Shown: positions 11,001 through 24,700 of the stretch, in pieces
How positions within the stretch are numbered: position 1 is the first letter of the stretch
How the letters are laid out: the number at the start of each line of letters is the position of its first letter
Source of the DNA: Auanema rhodensis
Taxonomy: Eukaryota; Animalia; Nematoda
Reading direction: 5' to 3'
NCBI GenBank assembly: GCA_964057225.1
Contig: OZ059894.1
Location: forward strand, 1,302,001-1,366,000
Length of the DNA: 64,000 nucleotides
The notes under the pieces: model-generated
The model's input: the letters and a program-made list of their open reading frames with translations, nothing else
Database searches by the model: none
Told to the model about the DNA's origin: nothing
Program-made: the position numbers and the translations under genes

Positions 11001-14000
11001 TTCCATGTACACTCAACATAGCTTCCAAAAACATTTTGACAAAAATTTTTTCGAAAAATTTCAAATTAATTTAGCAGAAAGTATATGTTTTTAGATTCCT
11101 TTTTTCAAGGCAAAGACGATGGACAATGTTATTCAACGAAAAAATTAATTCTTCAGGGTGAAAATCGAGGATATAAGTGTGAACTTATATCAGTTGATAT
11201 CTCGGTGCATTTTTAAGCTAGCGCAAATCTGATAACACAGATCGACGCAGCTTGAAAATCCGCATCGAATGCACTATACTACATTGAGGAACGCTTAATA
11301 CAAAAATTAGTTATGATCGTTTGAAAAATGATGCATTAGTGTATGTTGAGTTTCCATGTACACTCAACATAGCTTCCAAAAACATTTTGACAAAAATTTT
11401 TTCGAAAAATTTCAGAATAATTTAGCAAAAAGTAGATGTTTTTAGATTCCTTTTTTCAAGGCAAAGACGATGGACAATGTTATTCAACGAAAAAATTAAT
11501 TCTTCAGGGTGAAAATCGAGGATATAAGTGTGAACTTATATCAGTTGATATCTCGGTGCATTTTTAAGCTAGCGCAAATCTGATAACACAGATCGACGCA
11601 GCTTGAAAATCCGCATCGAATGCACTATACTACATTGAGGAACGCTTAATACAAAAATTAGTTATGATCGTTTGAAAAATGATGCATTAGTGTATGTTGA
11701 GTTTCCATGTACACTCAACATAGCTTCCAAAAACATTTTGACAAAAATTTTTTCGAGAAATTTCAAAATAATTTAGCAAAAAGTAGATGTTTTTAGATTC
11801 CTTTTTTCAAGGCAAAGACGATGGACAATGTTATTCAACGAAAAAATTAATTCTTCAGGGTGAAAATCGAGGATATAAGTGTGAACTTATATCAGTTGAT
11901 ATCTCGGTGCATTTTTAAGCTAGCGCAAATCTGATAACACAGATCGACGCAGCTTGAAAATCCGCATCGAATGCACTATACTACATTGAGGAACGCTTAA
12001 TACAAAAATTAGTTATGATCGTTTGAAAAATGATGCATTAGTGTATGTTGAGTTTCCATGTACACTCAACATTGCTTCCAAAAACATTTTGACAAAAATT
12101 TTTTCGAAAAATTTCAAAATATTTTAGCAAAAAGTAGATGTTTTTAGATTCCTTTTTTCAAGGCAAAGACGATGGACAATGTTATTCAACGAAAAAATTA
12201 ATTCTTCAGGGTGAAAATCGAGGATATAAGTGTGAACTTATATCAGTTGATATCTCGGTGCATTTTTAAGCTAGCGCAAATCTGATAACACAGATCGACG
12301 CAGCTTGAAAATCCGCATCTAATGCACTATACTACTTTGAGAAACGCTTAATACAAAAATTAGTTATGATCGTTTGAAAAATGATGCATTAGTGTATGTT
12401 GAGTTTCCATGTACACTCAACATTGCTTCCAAAAACATTTTGACAAAAATTTTTTCGAAAAATTTCAGAATAATTTAGCAAAAAGTAGATGTTTTCAGAT
12501 TCCTTTTTTCAAGGCAAAGACGATGGACAATGTTATTCAACGAAAAAATTAATTCTTCAGGGTGAAAATCGAGGATATAAGTGTGAACTTATATCAGTTG
12601 ATATCTCGGTGCATTTTTAAGCTAGCGCAAATCTGATAACACAGATCGACGCAGCTTGAAAATCCGCATCGAATGCACTATACTACTTTGAGAAACGCTT
12701 AATACAAAAATTAGTTATGATCGTTTGAAAAATGATGCATTAGTGTATGTTGAGTTTCCATGTACACTCAACATAGCTTCCAAAAACATTTTGACAAAAA
12801 TTTTTTCGAAAAATTTCAAATTAATTTAGCAGAAAGTATATGTTTTTAGATTCCTTTTTTCAAGGCAAAGACGATGGACAATGTTATTCAACGAAAAAAT
12901 TAATTCTTCAGGGTGAAAATCGAGGATATAAGTGTGAACTTATATCAGTTGATATCTCGGTGCATTTTTAAGCTAGCGCAAATCTGATAACACAGATCGA
13001 CGCAGCTTGAAAATCCGCATCGAATGCACTATACTACATTGAGGAACGCTTAATACAAAAATTAGTTATGATCGTTTGAAAAATGATGCATTAGTGTATG
13101 TTGAGTTTCCATGTACACTCAACATAGCTTCCAAAAACATTTTGACAAAAATTTTTTCGAAAAATTTCAAATTAATTTAGCAGAAAGTATATGTTTTTAG
13201 ATTCCTTTTTTCAAGGCAAAGACGATGGACAATGTTATTCAACGAAAAAATTAATTCTTCAGGGTGAAAATCGAGGATATAAGTGTGAACTTATATCAGT
13301 TGATATCTCGGTGCATTTTTAAGCTAGCGCAAATCTGATAACACAGATCGACGCAGCTTGAAAATCCGCATCGAATGCACTATACTACATTGAGGAACGC
13401 TTAATACAAAAATTAGTTATGATCGTTTGAAAAATGATGCATTAGTGTATGTTGAGTTTCCATGTACACTCAACATAGCTTCCAAAAACATTTTGACAAA
13501 AATTTTTTCGAAAAATTTCAAATTAATTTAGCAGAAAGTATATGTTTTTAGATTCCTTTTTTCAAGGCAAAGACGATGGACAATGTTATTCAACGAAAAA
13601 ATTAATTCTTCAGGGTGAAAATCGAGGATATAAGTGTGAACTTATATCAGTTGATATCTCGGTGCATTTTTAAGCTAGCGCAAATCTGATAACACAGATC
13701 GACGCAGCTTGAAAATCCGCATCGAATGCACTATACTACATTGAGGAACGCTTAATACAAAAATTAGTTATGATCGTTTGAAAAATGATGCATTAGTGTA
13801 TGTTGAGTTTCCATGTACACTCAACATAGCTTCCAAAAACATTTTGACAAAAATTTTTTCGAAAAATTTCAAATTAATTTAGCAGAAAGTATATGTTTTT
13901 AGATTCCTTTTTTCAAGGCAAAGACGATGGACAATGTTATTCAACGAAAAAATTAATTCTTCAGGGTGAAAATCGAGGATATAAGTGTGAACTTATATCA

Positions 14001-17000
14001 GTTGATATCTCGGTGCATTTTTAAGCTAGCGCAAATCTGATAACACAGATCGACGCAGCTTGAAAATCCGCATCGAATGCACTATACTACATTGAGGAAC
14101 GCTTAATACAAAAATTAGTTATGATCGTTTGAAAAATGATGCATTAGTGTATGTTGAGTTTCCATGTACACTCAACATAGCTTCCAAAAACATTTTGACA
14201 AAAATTTTTTCGAAAAATTTCAGAATAATTTAGCAAAAAGTAGATGTTTTTAGATTCCTTTTTTCAAGGCAAAGACGATGGACAATGTTATTCAACGAAA
14301 AAATTAATTCTTCAGGGTGAAAATCGAGGATATAAGTGTGAACTTATATCAGTTGATATCTCGGTGCATTTTTAAGCTAGCGCAAATCTGATAACACAGA
14401 TCGACGCAGCTTGAAAATCCGCATCGAATGCACTATACTACATTGAGGAACGCTTAATACAAAAATTAGTTATGATCGTTTGAAAAATGATGCATTAGTG
14501 TATGTTGAGTTTCCATGTACACTCAACATAGCTTCCAAAAACATTTTGACAAAAATTTTTTCGAGAAATTTCAAAATAATTTAGCAAAAAGTAGATGTTT
14601 TTAGATTCCTTTTTTCAAGGCAAAGACGATGGACAATGTTATTCAACGAAAAAATTAATTCTTCAGGGTGAAAATCGAGGATATAAGTGTGAACTTATAT
14701 CAGTTGATATCTCGGTGCATTTTTAAGCTAGCGCAAATCTGATAACACAGATCGACGCAGCTTGAAAATCCGCATCGAATGCACTATACTACATTGAGGA
14801 ACGCTTAATACAAAAATTAGTTATGATCGTTTGAAAAATGATGCATTAGTGTATGTTGAGTTTCCATGTACACTCAACATTGCTTCCAAAAACATTTTGA
14901 CAAAAATTTTTTCGAAAAATTTCAAAATATTTTAGCAAAAAGTAGATGTTTTTAGATTCCTTTTTTCAAGGCAAAGACGATGGACAATGTTATTCAACGA
15001 AAAAATTAATTCTTCAGGGTGAAAATCGAGGATATAAGTGTGAACTTATATCAGTTGATATCTCGGTGCATTTTTAAGCTAGCGCAAATCTGATAACACA
15101 GATCGACGCAGCTTAAAAATCCGCATCGAATGCACTATACTACATTGAGGAACGCTTAATACAAAAATTAGTTATGATCGTTTGAAAAATGATGCATTAG
15201 TGTATGTTGAGTTTCCATGTACACTCAACATAGCTTCCAAAAACATTTTGACAAAAATTTTTTCGAAAAATTTCAGAATAATTTAGCAAAAAGTAGATGT
15301 TTTTAGATTCCTTTTTTCAAGGCAAAGACGATGGACAATGTTATTCAACGAAAAAATTAATTCTTCAGGGTGAAAATCGAGGATATAAGTGTGAACTTAT
15401 ATCAGTTGATATCTCGGTGCATTTTTAAGCTAGCGCAAATCTGATAACACAGATCGACGCAGCTTGAAAATCCGCATCGAATGCACTATACTACATTGAG
15501 GAACGCTTAATACAAAAATTAGTTATGATCGTTTGAAAAATGATGCATTAGTGTATGTTGAGTTTCCATGTACACTCAACATAGCTTCCAAAAACATTTT
15601 GACAAAAATTTTTTCGAGAAATTTCAAAATAATTTAGCAAAAAGTAGATGTTTTTAGATTCCTTTTTTCAAGGCAAAGACGATGGACAATGTTATTCAAC
15701 GAAAAAATTAATTCTTCAGGGTGAAAATCGAGGATATAAGTGTGAACTTATATCAGTTGATATCTCGGTGCATTTTTAAGCTAGCGCAAATCTGATAACA
15801 CAGATCGACGCAGCTTGAAAATCCGCATCGAATGCACTATACTACATTGAGGAACGCTTAATACAAAAATTAGTTATGATCGTTTGAAAAATGATGCATT
15901 AGTGTATGTTGAGTTTCCATGTACACTCAACATTGCTTCCAAAAACATTTTGACAAAAATTTTTTCGAAAAATTTCAAAATATTTTAGCAAAAAGTAGAT
16001 GTTTTTAGATTCCTTTTTTCAAGGCAAAGACGATGGACAATGTTATTCAACGAAAAAATTAATTCTTCAGGGTGAAAATCGAGGATATAAGTGTGAACTT
16101 ATATCAGTTGATATCTCGGTGCATTTTTAAGCTAGCGCAAATCTGATAACACAGATCGACGCAGCTTAAAAATCCGCATCGAATGCAGTATACTACATTG
16201 AGGAACGCTTAATACAAAAATTAGTTATGATTGTTTGAAAAATGATGCATTAGTGTATGTTGAGTTTCCATGTACACTCAACATTGCTTCCAAAAACATT
16301 TTGACAAAAATTTTTTCGAAAAATTTCAAAATAATTTAGCAGAAAGTAGATGTTTTTAGATTCCTTTTTTCAAGGCAAAGACGATGGACAATGTTATTCA
16401 ACGAAAAAATTAATTCTTCAGGGTGAAAATCGAGGATATAAGTGTGAACTTATATCAGTTGATATCTCGGTGCATTTTTAAGCTAGCGCTAATCTGATAA
16501 CACAGATCGACGCAGCTTGAAAATCCGCATCGAATGCACTATACTACATTGAGGAACGCTTAATACAAAAATTAGTTATGATCGTTTGAAAAATGATGCA
16601 TTAGTGTATGTTGAGTTTCCATGTACACTCAACATAGCTTCCAAAAACATTTTGACAAAAATTTTTTCGAAAAATTTCAAATTAATTTAGCAGAAAGTAT
16701 ATGTTTTTAGATTCCTTTTTTCAAGGCAAAGACGATGGACAATGTTATTCAACGAAAAAATTAATTCTTCAGGGTGAAAATCGAGGATATAAGTGTGAAC
16801 TTATATCAGTTGATATCTCGGTGCATTTTTAAGCTAGCGCAAATCTGATAACACAGATCGACGCAGCTTGAAAATCCGCATCGAATGCACTATACTACAT
16901 TGAGGAACGCTTAATACAAAAATTAGTTATGATCGTTTGAAAAATGATGCATTAGTGTATGTTGAGTTTCCATGTACACTCAACATAGCTTCCAAAAACA

Positions 17001-18603
17001 TTTTGACAAAAATTTTTTCGAAAAATTTCAGAATAATTTAGCAAAAAGTAGATGTTTTTAGATTCCTTTTTTCAAGGCAAAGACGATGGACAATGTTATT
17101 CAACGAAAAAATTAATTCTTCAGGGTGAAAATCGAGGATATAAGTGTGAACTTATATCAGTTGATATCTCGGTGCATTTTTAAGCTAGCGCAAATCTGAT
17201 AACACAGATCGACGCAGCTTGAAAATCCGCATCGAATGCACTATACTACATTGAGGAACGCTTAATACAAAAATTAGTTATGATCGTTTGAAAAATGATG
17301 CATTAGTGTATGTTGAGTTTCCATGTACACTCAACATAGCTTCCAAAAACATTTTGACAAAAATTTTTTCGAGAAATTTCAAAATAATTTAGCAAAAAGT
17401 AGATGTTTTTAGATTCCTTTTTTCAAGGCAAAGACGATGGACAATGTTATTCAACGAAAAAATTAATTCTTCAGGGTGAAAATCGAGGATATAAGTGTGA
17501 ACTTATATCAGTTGATATCTCGGTGCATTTTTAAGCTAGCGCAAATCTGATAACACAGATCGACGCAGCTTGAAAATCCGCATCGAATGCACTATACTAC
17601 ATTGAGGAACGCTTAATACAAAAATTAGTTATGATCGTTTGAAAAATGATGCATTAGTGTATGTTGAGTTTCCATGTACACTCAACATTGCTTCCAAAAA
17701 CATTTTGACAAAAATTTTTTCGAAAAATTTCAAAATATTTTAGCAAAAAGTAGATGTTTTTAGATTCCTTTTTTCAAGGCAAAGACGATGGACAATGTTA
17801 TTCAACGAAAAAATTAATTCTTCAGGGTGAAAATCGAGGATATAAGTGTGAACTTATATCAGTTGATATCTCGGTGCATTTTTAAGCTAGCGCAAATCTG
17901 ATAACACAGATCGACGCAGCTTGAAAATCCGCATCTAATGCACTATACTACTTTGAGAAACGCTTAATACAAAAATTAGTTATGATCGTTTGAAAAATGA
18001 TGCATTAGTGTATGTTGAGTTTCCATGTACACTCAACATTGCTTCCAAAAACATTTTGACAAAAATTTTTTCGAAAAATTTCAGAATAATTTAGCAAAAA
18101 GTAGATGTTTTCAGATTCCTTTTTTCAAGGCAAAGACGATGGACAATGTTATTCAACGAAAAAATTAATTCTTCAGGGTGAAAATCGAGGATATAAGTGT
18201 GAACTTATATCAGTTGATATCTCGGTGCATTTTTAAGCTAGCGCAAATCTGATAACACAGATCGACGCAGCTTGAAAATCCGCATCGAATGCACTATACT
18301 ACTTTGAGAAACGCTTAATACAAAAACTAGTTATGATCGTTTGAAAAATGATGCATTAGTGTATGTTGAGTTTCCATGTACACTCAACATTGCTTCCAAA
18401 AACATTTTGACAAAAATTTTTTCGAAAAATTTCAAATTAATTTAGCAGAAAGTATATGTTTTTAGATTCCTTTTTTCAAGGCAAAGATGATGGACAATGT
18501 TATTCAACGAAAAAATTAATTCTTCAGGGTGAAAATCGAGGATATAAGTGTGAACTTATATCAGTTGATATCTCGGTGCATTTTTAAGCTAGCGCAAATC
18601 TGA
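8074..18603 (+). repeat. Variable-length higher-order repeat built on a 5-monomer unit (monomers 24-53)
   Basis: Recurring order of types: 188T; 35T; 185T/196G/203T; 183G; 174G (TTCGAGA). Units of 5, 6 and 8 monomers start at 8074, 9829 and 11935. Confidence 0.8.
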
Positions 18604-21600
18604 TAACACAGATCGACGCAGCTTGAAAATCCGCATCGAATGCACTATACTACATTGAGGAACGCTTAATACAAAAATTAGTTATGATCGTTTGAAAAAT
18701 GATGCATTAGTGTATGTTGAGTTTCCATGTACACTCAACATAGCTTCCAAAAACATTTTGACAAAAATTTTTTCGAAAAATTTCAGAATAATTTAGCAAA
18801 AAGTAGATGTTTTTAGATTTCTTTTCTCAAGGCAAAGACGATGGACAATGTTATTCAACGAAAAAATTAATTCTTCAGGGTGAAAATCGAGGATATAAGT
18901 GTGAACTTATATCAGTTGATATCTCGGTGCATTTTCAAGCTAGCGCAAATCTGATAACACAGATCGACGCAGCTTGAAAATCCGCATCGAATGCACTATA
19001 CTACTTTGAGAAACGCTTAATACAAAAATTAGTTATGATCGTTTGAAAAATGATGCATTAGTGTATGTTGAGTTTCCATGTACACTCAACATTGCTTCCA
19101 AAAACATTTTGGCAAAAATTTTTTCGAAAAATTTCAAAATAATTTAGCAGAAAGTAGATGTTTTTAGATTCCTTTTTTCAAGGCAAAGACGATGGACAAT
19201 GTTATTCAACGAAAAAATTAATTCTTCAGGGTGAAAATCGAGGATATAAGTGTTAACTTATATCAGTTGATATCTCGGTGCATTTTTAAGCTAGCGCAAA
19301 TCTGATAACACAGATCGACGCAGCTTGAAAATCCGCATCGAATGCACTATACTACATTGAGGAACGCTTAATACAAAAATTAGTTATGATCGTTTGAAAA
19401 ATGATGCATTAGTGTATGTTGAGTTTCCATGTACACTCAACATAGCTTCCAAAAACATTTTGACAAAAATTTTTTCGAAAAATTTCAGAATAATTTAGCA
19501 AAAAGTAGATGTTTTTAGATTCGTTTTTTCAAGGCAAAGACGATGGACAATGTTATTCAACGAAAAAATTAATTCTTCAGGGTGAAAATCGAGGATATAA
19601 GTGTGAACTTATATCAGTTGATATCTCGGTGCATTTTTAAGCTAGCGCAAATCTGATAACACAGATCGACGCAGCTTGAAAATCCGCATCGAATGCACTA
19701 TACTACATTGAGGAACGCTTAATACAAAAATTAGTTATGATCGTTTGAAAAATGATGCATTAGTGTATGTTGAGTTTCCATGTACACTCAACATAGCTTC
19801 CAAAAACATTTTGACAAAAATTTTTTCGAAAAATTTCAGAATAATTTAGCAAAAAGTAGATGTTTTTAGATTTCTTTTTTTAAGGCAAAGACGATGGACA
19901 ATGTTATTCAACGAAAAAATTAATTCTTCAGGGTGAAAATCGAGGATATAAGTGTGAACTTATATCAGTTGATATCTCGGTGCATTTTTAAGCTAGCGCA
20001 AATCTGATAACACAGATCGACGCAGCTTGAAAATCCGCATCGAATGCACTATACTACATTGAGGAACGCTTAATACAAAAATTAGTTATGATCGTTTGAA
20101 AAATGATGCATTAGTGTATGTTGAGTTTCCATGTACACTCAACATTGCTTCCAAAAACATTTTGACAAAAATTTTTTCGAAAAATTTCAGAATAATTTAG
20201 CAAAAAGTAGATGTTTTTAGATTCCTTTTTTCAAGGCAAAGACGATGGACAATGTTATTCAACGAAAAAATTAATTCTTCAGGGTGAAAATCGAGGATAT
20301 AAGTGTGAACTTATATCAGTTGATATCTCGGTGCATTTTTAAGCTAGCGCAAATCTGATAACACAGATCGACGCAGCTTAAAAATCCGCATCGAATGCAC
20401 TATACTACATTGAGGAACGCTTAATACAAAAATTAGTTATGATCGTTTGAAAAATGATGCATTAGTGTATGTTGAGTTTCCATGTACACTCAACATAGCT
20501 TCCAAAAACATTTTGACAAAAATTTTTTCGAAAAATTTCAGAATAATTTAGCAAAAAGTAGATGTTTTTAGATTTCTTTTTTTAAGGCAAAGACGATGGA
20601 CAATGTTATTCAACGAAAAAATTAATTCTTCAGGGTGAAAATCGAGGATATAAGTGTGAACTTATATCAGTTGATATCTCGGTGCATTTTTAAGCTAGCG
20701 CAAATCTGATAACACAGATCGACGCAGCTTGAAAATCCGCATCGAATGCACTATACTACTTTGAGAAACGCTTAATACAAAAATTAGTTATGATCGTTTG
20801 AAAAATGATGCATTAGTGTATGTTGAGTTTCCATGTACACTCAACATTGCTTCCAAAAACATTTTGACAAAAATTTTTTCGAAAAATTTCAGAATATTTT
20901 AGCAAAAAGTAGATGTTTTTAGATTCCTTTTTTCAAGGCAAAGACGATGGACAATGTTATTCAACGAAAAAATTAATTCTTCAGGGTGAAAATCGAGGAT
21001 ATAAGTGTGAACTTATATCAGTTGATATCTCGGTGCATTTTTAAGCTAGCGCAAATCTGATAACACAGATCGACGCAGCTTGAAAATCCGCATCGAATGC
21101 ACTATACTACATTGAGGAACGCTTAATACAAAAATTAGTTATGATCGTTTGAAAAATGATGCATTAGTGTATGTTGAGTTTCCATGTACACTCAACATAG
21201 CTTCCAAAAACATTTTGACAAAAATTTTTTCGAAAAATTTCAGAATAATTTAGCAAAAAGTAGATGTTTTTAGATTTCTTTTTTTGAGGCAAAGACGATG
21301 GACAATGTTATTCAACGAAAAAATTAATTCTTCAGGGTGAAAATCGAGGATATAAGTGTGAACTTATATCAGTTGATATCTCGGTGCATTTTTAAGCTAG
21401 CGCAAATCTGATAACACAGATCGACGCAGCTTAAAAATCCGCATCGAATGCACTATACTACATTGAGGAACGCTTAATACAAAAATTAGTTATGATCGTT
21501 TGAAAAATGATGCATTAGTGTATGTTGAGTTTCCATGTACACTCAACATTGCTTCCAAAAACATTTTGACAAAAATTTTTTCGAAAAATTTCAGAATAAT

Positions 21601-21762
21601 TTAGCAAAAAGTAGATGTTTTTAGATTCCTTTTTTCAAGGCAAAGACGATGGACAATGTTATTCAACGAAAAAATTAATTCTTCAGGGTGAAAATCGAGG
21701 ATATAAGTGTGAACTTATATCAGTTGATATCTCGGTGCATTTTCAAGCTAGCGCAAATCTGA

Positions 21763-24700
21763 TAACACAGATCGACGCAGCTTAAAAATCCGCATCGAAT
21801 GCACTATACTACATTGAGGAACGCTTAATACAAAAAATTAGTTATGATCGTTTGAAAAATGATGCATTAGTGTATGTTGAGTTTCCATGTACACTCAACA
21901 TTGCTTCCAAAAACATTTTGACAAAAATTTTTTCGAAAAATTTCAGAATAATTTAGCAAAAAGTAGATGTTTTTAGATTCCTTTTTTCAAGGCAAAGACG
22001 ATGGACAATGTTATTCAACGAAAAAATTAATTCTTCAGGGTGAAAATCGAGGATATAAGTGTGAACTTATATCAGTTGATATCTCGGTGCATTTTTAAGC
22101 TAGCGCAAATCTGATAACACAGATCGACGCAGCTTGAAAATCCGCATCGAATGCACTATACTACTTTGAGAAACGCTTAATACAAAAATTAGTTATGATC
22201 GTTTGAAAAATGATGCATTAGTGTATGTTGAGTTTCCATGTACACTCAACATTGCTTCCAAAAACATTTTGACAAAAATTTTTTCGAAAAATTTCAAATC
22301 AATTTAGCAGAAAGTATATGTTTTTAGATTCCTTTTTTCAAGGCAAAGACGATGGACAATGTTATTCAACGAAAAAATTAATTCTTCAGGGTGAAAATCG
22401 AGGATATAAGTGTGAACTTATATCAGTTGATATCTCGGTGCATTTTTAAGCTAGCGCAAATCTGATAACACAGATCGACGCAGCTTAAAAATCCGCATCG
22501 AATGCACTATACTACATTGAGGAACGCTTAATACAAAAATTAGTTATGATCGTTTGAAAAATGATGCATTAGTGTATGTTGAGTTTCCATGTACACTCAA
22601 CATTGCTTCCAAAAACATTTTGACAAAAATTTTTTCGAAAAATTTCAAAATAATTTAGCAAAAAGTAGATGTTTTTAGATTTCTTTTTTCAAGGCAAAGA
22701 CGATGGACAATGTTATTCAACGGAAAAATTAATTCTTCAGGGTGAAAATCGGGGATATAAGTGTGAACTTATATCAGTTGATATCTCGGTGCATTTTTAA
22801 GCTAGCGCAAATCTGATAACACAGATCGACGCAGCTTGAAAATCCGCATCGAATGCACTATACTACATTGAGGAACGCTTAATACAAAAATTAGTTATGA
22901 TCGTTTGAAAAATGATGCATTAGTGTATGTTGAGTTTCCATGTACACTCAACATAGCTTCCAAAAACATTTTGACAAAAATTTTTTCGAAAAATTTCAGA
23001 ATAATTTAGCAAAAAGTAGATGTTTTTAGATTTCTTTTTTTAAGGCAAAGACGATGGACAATGTTATTCAACGAAAAAATTAATTCTTCAGGGTGAAAAT
23101 CGAGGATATAAGTGTGAACTTATATCAGTTGATATCTCGGTGCATTTTTAAGCTAGCGCAAATCTGATAACACAGATCGACGCAGCTTGAAAATCCGCAT
23201 CGAATGCACTATACTACATTGAGGAACGCTTAATACAAAAATTAGTTATGATCGTTTGAAAAATGATGCATTAGTGTATGTTGAGTTTCCATGTACACTC
23301 AACATTGCTTCCAAAAACATTTTGACAAAAATTTTTTCGAAAAATTTCAGAATAATTTAGCAAAAAGTAGATGTTTTTAGATTCCTTTTTTCAAGGCAAA
23401 GACGATGGACAATGTTATTCAACGAAAAAATTAATTCTTCAGGGTGAAAATCGAGGATATAAGTGTGAACTTATATCAGTTGATATCTCGGTGCATTTTT
23501 AAGCTAGCGCAAATCTGATAACACAGATCGACGCAGTTTAAAAATCCGCATCGAATGCACTATACTACATTGAGGAACGCTTAATACAAAAATTAGTTAT
23601 GATCGTTTGAAAAATGATGCATTAGTGTATGTTGAGTTTCCATGTACACTCAACATAGCTTCCAAAAACATTTTGACAAAAATTTTTTCGAAAAATTTCA
23701 GAATAATTTAGCAAAAAGTAGATGTTTTTAGATTTCTTTTTTTAAGGCAAAGACGATGGACGATGTTATTCAACGAAAAAATTAATTCTTCAGGGTGAAA
23801 ATCGAGGATATAAGTGTGAACTTATATCAGTTGATATCTCGGTGCATTTTTAAGCTAGCGCAAATCTGATAACACAGATCGACGCAGCTTGAAAATCCGC
23901 ATCGAATGCACTATACTACTTTGAGAAACGCTTAATACAAAAATTAGTTATGATCGTTTGAAAAATGATGCATTAGTGTATGTTGAGTTTCCATGTACAC
24001 TCAACATTGCTTCCAAAAACATTTTGACAAAAATTTTTTCGAAAAATTTCAGAATATTTTAGCAAAAAGTAGATGTTTTTAGATTCCTTTTTTCAAGGCA
24101 AAGACGATGGACAATGTTATTCAACGAAAAAATTAATTCTTCAGGGTGAAAATCGAGGATATAAGTGTGAACTTATATCAGTTGATATCTCGGTGCATTT
24201 TTAAGCTAGCGCAAATCTGATAACACAGATCGACGCAGCTTGAAAATCCGCATCGAATGCACTATACTACATTGAGGAACGCTTAATACAAAAATTAGTT
24301 ATGATCGTTTGAAAAATGATGCATTAGTGTATGTTGAGTTTCCATGTACACTCAACATAGCTTCCAAAAACATTTTGACAAAAATTTTTTCGAAAAATTT
24401 CAGAATAATTTAGCAAAAAGTAGATGTTTTTAGATTTCTTTTTTTGAGGCAAAGACGATGGACAATGTTATTCAACGAAAAAATTAATTCTTCAGGGTGA
24501 AAATCGAGGATATAAGTGTGAACTTATATCAGTTGATATCTCGGTGCATTTTTAAGCTAGCGCAAATCTGATAACACAGATCGACGCAGCTTAAAAATCC
24601 GCATCGAATGCACTATACTACATTGAGGAACGCTTAATACAAAAATTAGTTATGATCGTTTGAAAAATGATGCATTAGTGTATGTTGAGTTTCCATGTAC

